Shown here: positions 11,801 through 23,900 of the stretch, piece after piece
Layout of the letters: each line of letters opens with the position of its first letter
How positions within the stretch are numbered: the stretch's first letter is position 1
DNA from: Rhizaria sp. SCN 62-66
Taxonomy: Eukaryota
Direction: 5' to 3'
DNA length: 61,223 nucleotides
Assembly: GCA_001724265.1 (NCBI GenBank)
Contig: MEDY01000153.1
Coordinates: forward strand, 1 to 61,223
Made by a program: the position numbers and the translations under genes
The notes under the pieces: model-generated
What the model saw: the letters and a program-made list of their open reading frames with translations, nothing else
Databases searched by the model: none
Told to the model about the DNA's origin: nothing

Positions 11801-13472
11801 CAGCCGGGTAGATGACGAAGGTGAGGTCGAGGCCCTTGCCGTCGCACACCACAAAACCGCCCGCCTGGCTCGAGTCCTCGCAGAACGCGCCCCCGCCGCC
11901 CCCGCCTACACTGGCGCTGGCGCCGGCGCCACTGTCGGAGACGGAGGAGGACGACGGCTGCAGCGCGCGGCCGCCGAGCTGCGGCGTCGCCTCGCTCTGC
12001 GCGAAAGACTGTGAGTGCGAATGAGACAGTAGGTGCGCGGGCAGCGCGCCGCCGGCCGGCGCGGCGGGCGTGGCGGGCGCCGAGGCCGTGACCGCGATGC
12101 TCACAGAGTTGGATCTGCTCGAGCCCACGGCATGCCCGTGAGAGTCCAGCAGGGCGATTGCCCCGCCGACCATGACGCCGCCGCCGGGGCCGCCCGGGGC
12201 GCCGACAGCAGTACTCACGCCGACAGCGGAGCCCGCTGCGCTCTTGCCGTCCTTGCCGTCGCCCGCCTTGGCGTCTTTGCCACCGCTCTTGGTGTCCTTG
12301 TCCTTGCCCTTCTTGGAGCCGCTCGAGGCGACGAGCGAGCTGGCGAAGGACATGAGCTTGCTCTTCTTGGGCTTGAACGCCGTGAGCCGCTTACTGTAGC
12401 GCGACATGGACCGGTTGGCGGTGTCGATGTCCACGAAAACGGGGTCGCCCACGCGCACCGGCGCCAGCGGCGGCTTGTCGGCCGACGCGAACGACACGTG
12501 GAGCTCGCCGCGCGTGTGCCGCGGGCGCGGGCCGATGTAGCCGGTGAGCCAGCCAGTCTTGTTGTTCCACACCGCGCCCGACTGGTCAACGAGCACGACG
12601 GTCATGCCGTACAGCACGGGCTCGCGCAGGCGGTGGCGCAGCACGTCCTAGTTCACCGCCGCGTTCGTCGACAGCACCGTGAACACGTGCGGCACAAACC
12701 GCGCCGCGCTACCAGCAACGCCGGACTGCGGCGCCGCACCGCCCGCACCGCTCGCAGAGCCGAGGCCCGCGGCCGCGGGGCCGTGGCTCGAGGCCGAGGC
12801 CGCGGAGGCGGCGATGGACGACGTCGACGTCGAGTGCATTAGCCCGTCGCCCGCGCCCGCCGTCCCCGCCGCAGCCGCCGCGGACGACGGGTCGGCAGGG
12901 ATGTAGAGCGAGCGCACGTGGGGCGGGATCGAGGTCACGATGCCGTGGCCTTTGTACGGCGCGGTGACGTAGCCGACGAAGCCGCCCGCGGAGCAGGGCG
13001 CGTAGGGCGACACCGTGAAGAGCTTGATCTGATCGCCCAAGTACAGGCGTGAGCCCCACGCGCCCGCCTGGTTCGCGCCGAACGTCGTGGGGCCGCTCGC
13101 CACGGGCGCGGAGGCCGGGGCCGCGCTCGGAGCAAAGGCAGCGCTGCTCGCGGCTCTACTAGCGTTCGTAGCAGAGGTGCCAATGTTGCTGTGATTGTTA
13201 CTGCTGTTGTTGTTGTTGAGGACGGGGGAGGTGGGCGGCGACAGAGCCGGTGCGGGTCCGGGGGTGTATGGCGTCGCGGGGTACGCGGCAGCAGACGAGG
13301 CGGAGGCAGAGCCCGCAGGCGTGGCATGGCCGTGCGTGTTGGCGTTGGCGTACAAGCTGAGGTTGGGGTATGAAGGAGACTTCACCGGGGTCGTCGGGTA
13401 GTGCTGCGGGCCTGAGACGCCGTTACTGGCGGCTAAGCCCGGCGCCGCCGAGTAGCCGGGAAGGTGGGACAT
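8830..13472 (-). CDS. Large CRAL-TRIO/Sec14 lipid-binding protein with an N-terminal globular domain and two predicted TM helices; exons 13472-9831, 9681-8830; 1497 aa with in-frame TAG at 12648-12650; stop TAA
   Basis: C-terminal Sec14 motifs (WRAEHGI, FHGHSRDGHFVYIERPG, VLDLEG, HYPVRSAKIVVINVPSWFNMIWKVVKPLL, IAPDQLPAQYGG). ORFs 12648..13658 and 9696..12644 are in the same frame and separated only by TAG-GAC. GTACGG..ACAG intron at 9830-9682. Confidence 0.8.
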
Positions 13473-14417
13473 CGCGCGCGGGGCGAGCAGGGAGCCGCGG
13501 GAGGCGCCGGTGGGGCGGGGCCGGGTGCGCGGGGGGAAGCGAGGCGAGAAAGCGCGAACGAGGTGGTTGGGTGCGAGTCGACGCTGAAAGTAAAGACAGT
13601 ATCGAGGTGTGATAAGATATGAGTACGTGAATATGATAGAGTGTGAATAAACACACATGGGAAATGTGGTGGTGAATCGCCAGCCACGTGTTGATGTAGG
13701 CAGTGACGCGCTTGAAATGTGGCCGCGGCAACAATGCTAACGGCGCGCGACCACCCTTTTCGCGACACGATCGTCTTAGTACATTTAAGAGTTGTTAAGC
13801 CATCGTTATGGTATCTTATGGAAGCCATTTGCAATATACGTATACTGCAACGAAAAGTTGCAGCAACGTCGCGAATACTCGACTGTATCGTGTTTACCAA
13901 CCACCTCTCCGCCTTGGACTGGTACGTTGTCCCGATGCTGCCTAACGCCGAAGGAAGCCGAACAACACCATTTTTGCATACAGAAATCTCAAACAATACA
14001 GTACGACTAAAAGAAACAACATATACTGTACAGTGAAGTGTGTGAATGATTAAAAACATATATTTATTAGAATAAAGTATAAAGCTCGCGTGCCTATTCT
14101 CACACAGCTGCATGCGTAACACAGCAGTGAGACTCCTGAGGCACGCCGGTAGCCATGAATATACGTCATAAAAAACGCTTGTAAGTAACACGGGAGGGCC
14201 AATCTTTTCTCAGATCATATCATAAACAACATCTCCAACAAAAGAAATACCAACAACAACAACAACCACAGCAGCATCGGGAGTAACAGCAGTAGCAGAA
14301 GATGAAAGGAACGCACAACACTGCGAGTCAAGACTTAACTCAACAACACACAGTGTTCACGCCGACACATCTCTCTTTCAGAGCTCATGCCGTTCTCGCC
14401 GTCATCAGCCGGCTACT

Positions 14418-16962
14418 TCATGAGCGGCCTCCGAAGCCGCCGCCGCGGCCGAAACCACCGCGGCCACCGCCACCGCCGCCGCGGCCGCCGCCGAAGCCGC
14501 CGCCGAAGCCACCACCGCCGCCACCGCGGCCGCCGCCGCCGCCGCCGAAGCGGCGCTGCTGCCAGCTGGGCGGCGGGGGACGCTCGGGGGCGCGCTCCTG
14601 GAGCTCAGGCAGCGCGTCGGGGATGGACACGGTATACTTGTAGTCCTGGATGTTGCTGACGATGTCGCGCACGTCCGAGGGCACGTCGAACACGGCACCC
14701 ATCTGGTCCGCGGTGAGCTTGATGCCCTTGACCTTCTCGTCGTTGCCCTCGGGGTAGATGTGGCGGCGGATGAAGTTCCACACCAGGCCGAGTGAATGCA
14801 TGCGCTCGTTGCCCGCGATGTACACGGTGATGTGGTCCGACAGCGACGACAGAAGCGAGCGCTCCTTGAGCGGCTCCGTGTTGCCCGAGATCACGGCCAG
14901 CGCGGCCGACACGGCCCACAGCCCGCCCTTCTTCTCGATGATCGCCTTGGCCGTGTCCTCGAACGTCGGGATCACCGACTCGTGCACGGACATGAGCTGC
15001 TCCAGCGCCGCGTACGCAGAGGCCTTGATAATGTGCGACTGCGAGGGCACCGACAGGCGCTCGAACTTGAGGTTGATCTTGCGCTCGATGTTCTGCAGCG
15101 TCCACATCTGCTTGGGCGTGTAGAAAGTGATGCACGTGCCCGTCTTGTTGGCGCGGCCCGTGCGGCCGGAGCGGTGGACGTACGTCTCGACGTTCTTGGG
15201 CGGCTCGGTGTTGATGACGAGCTCGACGTCGGGGATGTCGATACCGCGCGCTGCGACGTCGGTGGCGATCAGCACGGGGAACTTGCCGTCACGGAACGCC
15301 TTAAGCGTCGCCTCGCGCTGATTCTGCGGGATGTCGCCGTGAATCGCCTGCGCCTCCGAGGCGAAGCACGCCAGGATCTCATTGGCCTCGCGCTTGGTGT
15401 CGACGAAGACGATGCTGCGCGCCTTGGCGCCGCCGTGAACGAGGATCACCGTCGACATGACCTGGTTGCGCTCCGTGTAGTGGCACGCCATCGCCTTGTG
15501 CGTCACCGACACAGAGGCCTGGATTTTCTGCGACTTGACCAGGTCCACCGACACGGGGTCGGGGCGCTGGAACTTGCGCGTGACCTGCTGGACCCACTCG
15601 GGCAGCGTGGCCGAGAAGAGCAGCGTCTGCAGCGGGACAGGGCCGTCGCGGGGCACAGACTGCGGGGCGGTTGTGAACGGGAGAAGGAAACAAAGAAACA
15701 AGATACAAGATGAGAAGTGGGAATTAGTGGCAGTTTAAGTTTAGACGTACGACCAAGAAAACAAAACACAAGCAAAGACGCTACATTAAGACATCAGTAA
15801 GATGACAGGATATGATGTGAAAGCGTGCGTACCTGGAGGATGGTCTCGACGGCCTCCTGGAAGCCCTCGTTGAGCATCTCATCAGCCTCATCGAGCACGA
15901 CGTACTGGATGTTGGAGAGCTTGAGGGTGCCGCCCTCGAGCATGTCCTTGACGCGGCCGCACGTGCCGACGATGACGTCGATGCCGTTGCGCAGCGCCTG
16001 GATCGCGTCGCGGTACGAGGTGCCGCCGTAGATGCAGATCGTCGACAGCTGCGGCGCCGTGAGCTCGAACTCCTTCGCGATCTGCAGCGACAGCTCGCGG
16101 GTGGGCGACAGCACCAGTACGCGCGCGAGGCGCGACTTGCTGTTGGCCGCCGCGAAGCCCTGCTCGGCGTTCTGGCGCAGCAGCTTCTCCACGATGGGAA
16201 GAGTGAAGGCTAGGGTCTTGCCCGTGCCCGTGCGCGCGCGGCCGATGACGTCGTTGCCCTCGATAATCGCCTCGAACGTGGCGGCCTGGGAGGGGGAGTG
16301 CGAGAGATTATGAGACGGAAGAACAAGTGATTGGTGTGAGTGGAAATCATTAATACAGGAAGACAAAATATAGGCAATGTGTTATCAAAGAAGTTGATAA
16401 TAAAGAGTGATGTAAAACGTGGAGTTATACGTACCTGAATGGGGAACATGTGGGTGATGCCGCGCATGGCGAGGGCGCCGACGACGGTGGGGTTGATGGG
16501 GAACTCCTTCGTCGGCGGGTTGCCGTGCTCGTCCGGCTCGTCGGGGTTCGCGCCCGTCTTGGCCTTGCGCCGCTCGATCTCAGCCGTCATCGAGTCGACC
16601 TCGCTGAGCGCGTACGACGACGCAGAGTTGGGCGGCGCCAGCTGCACGATCCGGTCGCGGTCCTCGGCCGGGGCAGCCTTCTTGGACTTCTTGGTGCGGG
16701 CGGTGATCTCGACGTCGGAGGCGAGATCGTCGTCGCGGTCCTCCTCGTCGTCGTCGGAGGCGGCGACGTAGACCTTCTCTTTCTTCTCCTTCTTCTCCTT
16801 CTTCTCCTTCTTCTCCTTCTTTTCCTTCTTCTCCTTCTTGTCCTTCTTCTCCTTCTTCTCGGAGACCTCGTCAGCCTCAGCGGCGACGCGCTTGAGGGAC
16901 TTCTTGACCGGCACGTCGGACATCTCGTCCTCGCTGACAGGATCGACAACCTTCTTAGCCAT
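14418..16962 (-). CDS. DDX21: DEAD-box RNA helicase DDX21/DDX50 (nucleolar RH7-like) with GUCT domain and RGG tail; exons 16962-16435, 16285-15833, 15659-14418; 740 aa; stop TGA
   Basis: FPIQ, ARTGTGKTLAF, PTREL, LDEAD, SAT, HGDIPQNQRE, ATDVAARGID, YVHRSGRTGRA; Lys/Glu-rich N-terminus and GGRGG C-terminus. Confidence 0.92.
16776..16860 (-). repeat. Coding (KEK)n repeat (AAGGAGAAG units) in the DDX21 N-terminus
   Basis: Tandem cttctcctt units on the plus strand. Confidence 0.85.
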
Positions 16963-17616
16963 ACTGAGTCGGTTCTGTGCGGGCACGAGCAAGAGCGGGA
17001 GCAGGGGGCAAAGGGAGTGGCGGTTAGGTGAACAATTTGCGGGTATGGACAGTGAGGAGGATAGATCGCATTTCATGGCATCGTAAAAAAGTCAAAAGAT
17101 AAACACATCCGCGCTAATGCTATTCTGCAAATCAGTTTGTCTTCTGATGAAAGCAAGAAGGCATAAGAAGCAAGTTGCCGTGACGGCAAACCCGGGCAGT
17201 CTACGCCAGCCGCTGGCCGCAGTACAGCCACGATTCGAAAACGGCTCGCTCGGCCGGCCAGCCGACTGTGGGCGGCGCTCACAGTCACCGAAGGTCCTGA
17301 GAGCTCTTTTGCAAGACCTTCGTGATGGTGTTGAGTGTCTGCGTAGACTTGAATGCAATTGCAGTATAATATGCTGCCATCTTTTTTTGTGGTGCTCCGC
17401 TTTTTATACGTCTAATAATGGATGTCTTGCCCAACTTCCACCTTCGGAATTTCTTCCGGGTGCTGCACTATAAGCCATCCACCCAACTTATCTCACAAAC
17501 TCATGCTATATGCATGCTTCTATAACAGATTTCATAACTGATTCGGTATATAAACGCGCGGACTCTTGGGACAAACTTGACTTGCTCTTGAAATCCCGGC
17601 TCTCTGACGCCGCACA

Positions 17617-19392
17617 ATGTCGTCCTTGGCTCCCCGTCTGCGAGCCTTGCTGCCTCTGCAGGCGCTCGCGCCCGCGCCCAGCGTCGTCGCCTCGCTGCTT
17701 CCGCGTCACGCTGGCCCGTCTCCACCCTCATCGATCACGCCGCCTTACGGATACGCCCAGCTGATGGCCTCCGAATCGTCTTCCGCGCGCCCCCGCCCAT
17801 CGGCAGCCGCCGCCGCTAAGGTCGCCTGCCCGCGTCTCCCCAGCAACAATATCTCCCGCTCTGTCTTCGCAGCGTCAAGCCTGAGCCGCCCCGCGCGCGG
17901 CCTGCGTGCGCCCCAGTCGGCGCCGCACCGGCCTTTCTACTTGTCCGCGGGCGGCAGCGGCGGCGGCGGCGCGGGGAGCCCCAGTCCGCCGTCGTGGGCG
18001 CCCCGCGCGCTGGCGCCTCTCGACACGCCCTACACGGCGACGCCGCGCAGCGTGCTCGTGATCAAGAAGTGGGGCTCCCGCAGCGCGACGCGGTACGCCA
18101 ACGACGTGGCGGCGCTGCTGACGGAGCGCGGCGTGCAGGTGTTCATCGAGCCCACCACGGTGCTCGACTATGACGAACACACGCAGTACCCCACCATCCT
18201 CGACCTCATCGCGCGCGCCGACCCAGCTGCCGAGAGCGTGTTCACGCACAACTTCGCGCCCGTTATCACAGACTCGTTCACGTTCGGGCACAAGGCGCTT
18301 GCGAGCAACGGCGGCGGCGGCGCCAGCGCGGGCTTCTACAGCCCAAGCTCAGACTCGGTCTCCACGTCGACCGCAGAGAGCTCCGCTGCATCAAACGCCA
18401 ACTCGAGCCCTGGCTCTGGCCTCAACCCCGCTGCCGCCGCAGAGCCGAGTCGCGAGATCCCGGACTCGGACATCTCGTGCTCGTCGTCCTGGGCGGGCTT
18501 CGCGCGCGCCCCGGCCCCCGCCGCGGCACTATCGGCGCTGGACCCGCGCGAGTGCATCGCCTACGCGCGCAAGCTCGACTCGTGGCAGCGCCATATCGAC
18601 CTGGTCGTCTCCATCGGCGGCGATGGCACGCTGCTGCACGTTTCCACGCTCTTCCCGCACACCGTGCCGCCCACGCTGGCCTTCGGCTGCGGGTCCTTTG
18701 GCTTCCTCATGCCGTTCAACCCCGACTTCGCCGGGCTCGCCATCGACGCGCTGCTCGCGGGCCGACTCCGCGTGTACAACCGCTCCCGCCTCGCCTTCAA
18801 GGTCGGTGGCGTGGCGGGCTACGACGCGCGCGGCTCGCCCTGGGTGCCGCCCTTCTCGGCCACGGACCCGCATTGTTACCACCTGCTCAACGAAGTCGTG
18901 CTCAAGCACTCGTACGGCCTTAACGTCGGTGCCGGCGTGAGCGAGATCGAGTGCCGCATTGACGGAGACGTGCTGGCGCGCTTTCAGGGCGACGGGCTCA
19001 TGATTGCCTCCCCGACGGGCTCCACGGCCTATAGTATGGCGGCGGGGGGCAGCATCGTGCACCCCGCGCTGCAGTCGATCCTGATCACGCCCATCTGCCC
19101 GATGACGCTGTCCTCGCGCCCGCTGGTGCTGCCAGGGCAGAGCACGGTGACGCTGACGCCCATACACGATGCCGTGTTGCTCGAGGGTAAGTTCGGCCGC
19201 GTGATTCAGCCGCTCGAGGTGGTGACGGTGCGCCAGAGCGAGTACCCCGTGCCCGTGTTCGCGCGCATGTCCGTCACCACCGACTTCGTCACGGACCTGG
19301 GCTCACGGATGAACTACGCGCGCATGGTGCGCGTGCGCCGCGACGAGCCCTCGCTGCTGCCGCATCTCGCCAACGCCACCGCCACTGCTACA

Positions 19393-19442
<50 letters not shown>

Positions 19443-20253
19443 TAGCAGCAGCAGCAGCAGCAGCAGCATTGATGGCAGCAGCAGTAGCAGCAGCAGTATG
19501 GTGTCAGACACGGTCACAGCGAGTGCAAGTGTGTGCGCCAGCGCGCCCGGCGCGAGCGCGAGCGCCAACGGCGCGGTGCCTGCGTGGCAGCTGTCGGGCG
19601 TGTCGCTGTCGCCGTCGTCGGCACACCTGCACGCGCGCGAGGCGGCGCAGCACGCGCAGCACCAGCAGCACACGGCCCTGTTCGGCGGCCAGCTCGTGGG
19701 GCCCGCGGCGGGCGGCGGCGGCGGCGCGCACGGCCGCGACGGCGCCGGCAGCGGCAGCAGCGGCAGCAGCGCGGGCGCGGACGTGAGCGCCGGCAGCGCG
19801 CCCGGGGTTGTGTTCGTGCCGTCTAGCCACGGCAACACGTTCGACGGCCACGCCAACGCTTCCAACGCCACGGTGACCGCTGGCCCCACTGACGGCGCCG
19901 GTCGGAGTAGTGATGCTGCTGCGAAGCACAAGGTGGGCGAGGCAACGGCCAAGGGCTCGAATGGCCCTGCTGGTGCGGCTGCTGATAGCAACGCTGCCGG
20001 TGATAATGCAACGCAGGATGGGTTTGACCCTGTCGCTGCGGCCGTCAACAACGCCGCACAGCTGCAATAGCAAGCGCAGGCGAAGCAGGCTCAGCGGCAG
20101 CAGAAACAGCAACAGCAGAAGCAACAACAACAGCAACAGCAGCAGCCGCAGCAACAGGCCTTCGGTCCGATCGGCTCGTTCATGTCGAAGCGCGAGCAGG
20201 AGGAGGTGACCAAGGACCGGGACATCGACGGCATGGGGCGCGCTCGCAAGTGA
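17617..20253 (+). CDS. NADK: ATP-NAD(H) kinase, possibly mitochondrial; single exon; 878 aa if TAG 20068 is sense; stop TGA
   Basis: VSIGGDGTLL, LLNEVVL, GDGLMIASPTGSTAYSMAAGGSIVHP, ITPICP..LSSRPLVLP. The Arg/Ser/Ala-rich, acid-poor N-terminus resembles a presequence. The standard code would stop at 20070. Confidence 0.9.
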
Positions 20254-20941
20254 CTAGGACTATGAGTCTCTGTGACTTGACTGTGAGCTGCAGAAGACGA
20301 TGTACATCAGCGATATCAATTCGGTCGTCTTGATCTTATCTAGCACCATTATAAGTGGTCTCTTTCTATATTTATCGTGATCTGTTTATTCTCATTTCAA
20401 AGTCACACATGATACTGATCGTTGATAAAAATACACATGCAATCAGCATCGTCTAACCCAAAGCAAAAAGTGAACAAAACAGAATGTATTAAATTTGTTG
20501 CATGAAGCAATATCAAGATTCTTGCTCTCAAGTGGAGAAACTCCTCAACAATGCTCTTAGCACGTCAAAAGCTCCTCAAAGAAACAGAAAAAATACACAC
20601 TGGAATCTTCTCATACGACTCATACGACTATCACGTTGTTATCCATTTGATGATGGAGATTGCTGGTGTGCTGATTCTCGCAAGGAAGAGAGAACCTAGC
20701 ACCAAACAAACATAAGACAAAGAAAAAAGAACAGAAACAAAACCACACCCACTTTGGCGAGACATAAGTAAGAGACAGTCTCTTTACTTTACTTCTCGCA
20801 ACTCAACATGAGACACACATATCACTTGTGTCGTCGTCAATACAGCTTAAACCACAAGATCAACCCTCTTCCACTCATAGCAGCAGCGTCGTAACGTAGG
20901 ACTAACTGACCGACTGTTTGATTGGCTCGGCAGCGGCACGC

Positions 20942-23900
20942 TTAGAAACGCTCGCGCGCGGCTGTGGCGACGTCGTTGGCGGTACGGCGGTTGGCCGTCA
21001 GCGCGCTGTATGCGTCGCGCACGCCGCGGAAGAAGCCGGGCTTAACGCGCGCCTCAGTGCTCTTGTCGTTGGGGTCCTTGACGAGGATGAGCTCGGTGGC
21101 CGTCATCGTGGGCAGCTCGGCAGAAGAGATGGACACGATGGCGCCGACCCAGCGTGAGGACGCCGTGTCGAGCTTGGCGGTGAGCCCGCCGAAGGTGTAG
21201 ATGTGCTCGCCCTTGGGGCCGCGCTCGAGCACGGGCGCGGGGAAGCGCGCGACCTCGGGGCGCGACGCGGTGGTCTGGCCGGCGACCTCGATGCCGACAA
21301 CGGCGTCAGTGAGCTTGACCACGCCCTCGGGGTCGGTCAGTGCGACGGAGCACGACAGCGTGTCGCCCTTGGTGTACTCAGACACGCCGCCACAGTTGAT
21401 CGACACGTAGGGCTGGTTGATCTGGAGCGCGATCTCGTCGAAGAACATCGCGCCGTCGGCCTCGCCCTCGACGGCGTCGACGGACATGCGGATGCGGAAG
21501 TTGTTGGTCCACTTGAACGCGGCCTGCACAGGAGAAGACACCCACAGCGCGCGGTCCCACTCCATCACCATGGGCTTGCCCGTGGGCGTGCCCGAAGCGT
21601 CGGTGCGGAACGTGCCCATGACGGTGCGCAGACGCGACGTGGGGTCGTCCTCGGCGTTGCGCGTCGACACGGCCTCGGCGGTGATGGTCCAGCGGTACAC
21701 GACGGCCGAGGAGCCGGAGTACTTGATCTCGAAGCGGAGGTTGTCACCGAAGCGCGCGGGGCCGATGTCGTCCTTGTTGGCGCGCACGGGCAGCACGGAC
21801 GACTTAAGCGGAAGGGCGGGGGCGTACACCTCAGTGTCGACCTCGGTCTCGGCCTCGAACTCGACGGACGCGTTGGTGAAGGCGCCCATCTCAAGGAAGG
21901 TGCCGACGCGGGAGTAGGAGCGCGCAGCGTTGGCGTTGCACACCGAGGTGTAGCCGCGCTGGCCGAGCGTCTCGGACGTGCAGAGCGAGTCGGGCATCTT
22001 GGTGATCATGTACCGGCCAACGGTCTCGGTGTCGGTCTTGGTCACGACGTAGTTGTTGCTGTTGTACTTGCGCACACGGGTCACCTTGGCGCAGTTGGAG
22101 GCGGCCGAGAGGAAGGCCGCGTCGTACTTGGAGTTGAAGTCGAGGCGCTGGAGCGCGTCGAGCGAGGCGGGGCCGTTAAAGTAGTCGTGGCGCGTGAAGG
22201 GCAGCTCGTTGGGGCCTTCGTAGGACTTCTCCTGGGGCGTCGCGTCGACGGCCTGCCAGCCGTTGCCGTTGGCGATGTCGGTGCGGCGGAACCACACATC
22301 GGCCCAGACGTGGAAGTTCCAGATGGACGCGTCGTCCTTGGCCTTCTCCCACGTGTACTCGCCCGACGCGGACTGGGTGAAGTGCGTATAGCACTTGTTG
22401 TCCTTGGACACGCCAGTGCGGTGGATGTACTTGTGCGCCGAGTCCATGTTGGTGACGGAGCGCGTGGGGTAGCCGATGGAGCGCGCCATGGACACGAGGA
22501 TGGCGGAGAAAACCCAGCACTGGCCGTACTTGACGGGGCTCTGCGACGTGACGAAGCGCGCGAAGATGGGCAGCGACGACGTCCACGTCCAGGGCGCGTT
22601 GCCGTCGGCGTAGTTATTGTCCCAGCGGCCCGCGAGGACGCGGTAGCCGGCCGTGGTGAGAAAGCGCGACACGCGCACAGGGTCGGCGCGCTGGGCGATG
22701 GTGAAGCGGAGCAGGAAGCCCATGGTGATGTCAATGACGGTCATGTCATACTGGTTGAACGCCCAGGGGATCCAGGTCGGCGGCGCGCGCGAGGAGCCCT
22801 GGTAGATGGCGCCGAACTCGCTGAAGAGGTGCTCGTTGAGGTCGACGTTGAGCTCGGAGTTGGAGCCGTACTTAACGCGGTCCGCGGCCGAGACGTAGGA
22901 CACGCAGTCCGAGTGCATGGGGTTGAAGACGAAGTAGAAGAGGTCCTTGGCGCGGTACACGAGCTTGGTGCCGACGACAGCCTCGAGGTAGTAGCGGCCA
23001 ATGGCGCGCTTGTTGGCGAGGATGATGCGGCCGCGGTCGACCTTGAGCAGCGTGGCGTCGATGGCCTGGCCGATCTGGTCGACGAAGCGCAGCTTGGAGC
23101 CCGCGGGGAGGGAGTTGCGCGGGATCTGCACCGCGAAGGCGGCGTGGAGACGCAGCACGATGGCGTTAGCGGGGCGCGCGCCGGACGTGGTGCGGTACTT
23201 AGTGGTCGAGTGCACCTTGAGGTTGGTCTCGTAAAAGGTGCTGTAGGTGTCCAGGTTGGTCATCGGCAGCGAAGAGAGCTCCGCGGGGATCACGGTCGAG
23301 CCGGCCTCCATCGCGGCCTCGGAGACCACGGCGGCGGCGGCAGCCAGGGTCGCGGCGGCCTCGGCGCTAACCTCGGTCTCAGCCTCAAGCTCGGCCTCGA
23401 CAAAGGCCTCGGACTCAGCCTCAGCCTCAGCCTCAGCCTCGACCTCAGCCTCGACCTCAGTCTCGGCTTCAGCCTCAACCTCAGCGTCAACCTCGGCCTC
23501 AGCTTCAGTCTCAGCCTCAACCTCAGCCTCGGCCTCGGCATCAACCTCGGCATCAGCCTCGGCGTCGACCTCGGCCTCAGCGTCGGCCTCAACGAGCGAG
23601 GTGTACTGGGGCTCAATCACAATCTCCGACTCGGACTCGGTCTCAGCCTCCGCATCAGCCTCGGCCTCGAGCTCGTTCTCAGTCTCAGACTCAGCCTCGA
23701 GCTCGAGCTCGGACTCGTTCTCGGCCTCGGCGTCCATCTCAGCCTCGGCGTCGAGCTCGGCCTCGGCGTCGGCATCCATCTCGGCGTTGAGCTCGAGGAG
23801 GGCGAGCGTGTTGGCGTCAGCCTCAACCTCAAGGTCGGCCGCGAGGTCGAGAGCGTTGAAAAGCCCGCTCTCGGCCTCCACGGTCGTGGAGTGGGCCATG

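Noticed and set aside
17143..17195. CTGATGA near the small hairpin TTGCCG-TGA-CGGCAA: hammerhead ribozyme?
   Set aside because: No stem II closed by GAAA and no stems I/III in the required arrangement.
5961..20070. In-frame TAGs as pseudogenisation, pyrrolysine, or a ciliate-type UAR=Gln code
   Set aside because: The genes show no frameshifts or other decay. Pyrrolysine is not known in eukaryotic nuclei and the context is poly-Gln. TAA is the commonest terminator here and is never internal, which excludes UAR=Gln.
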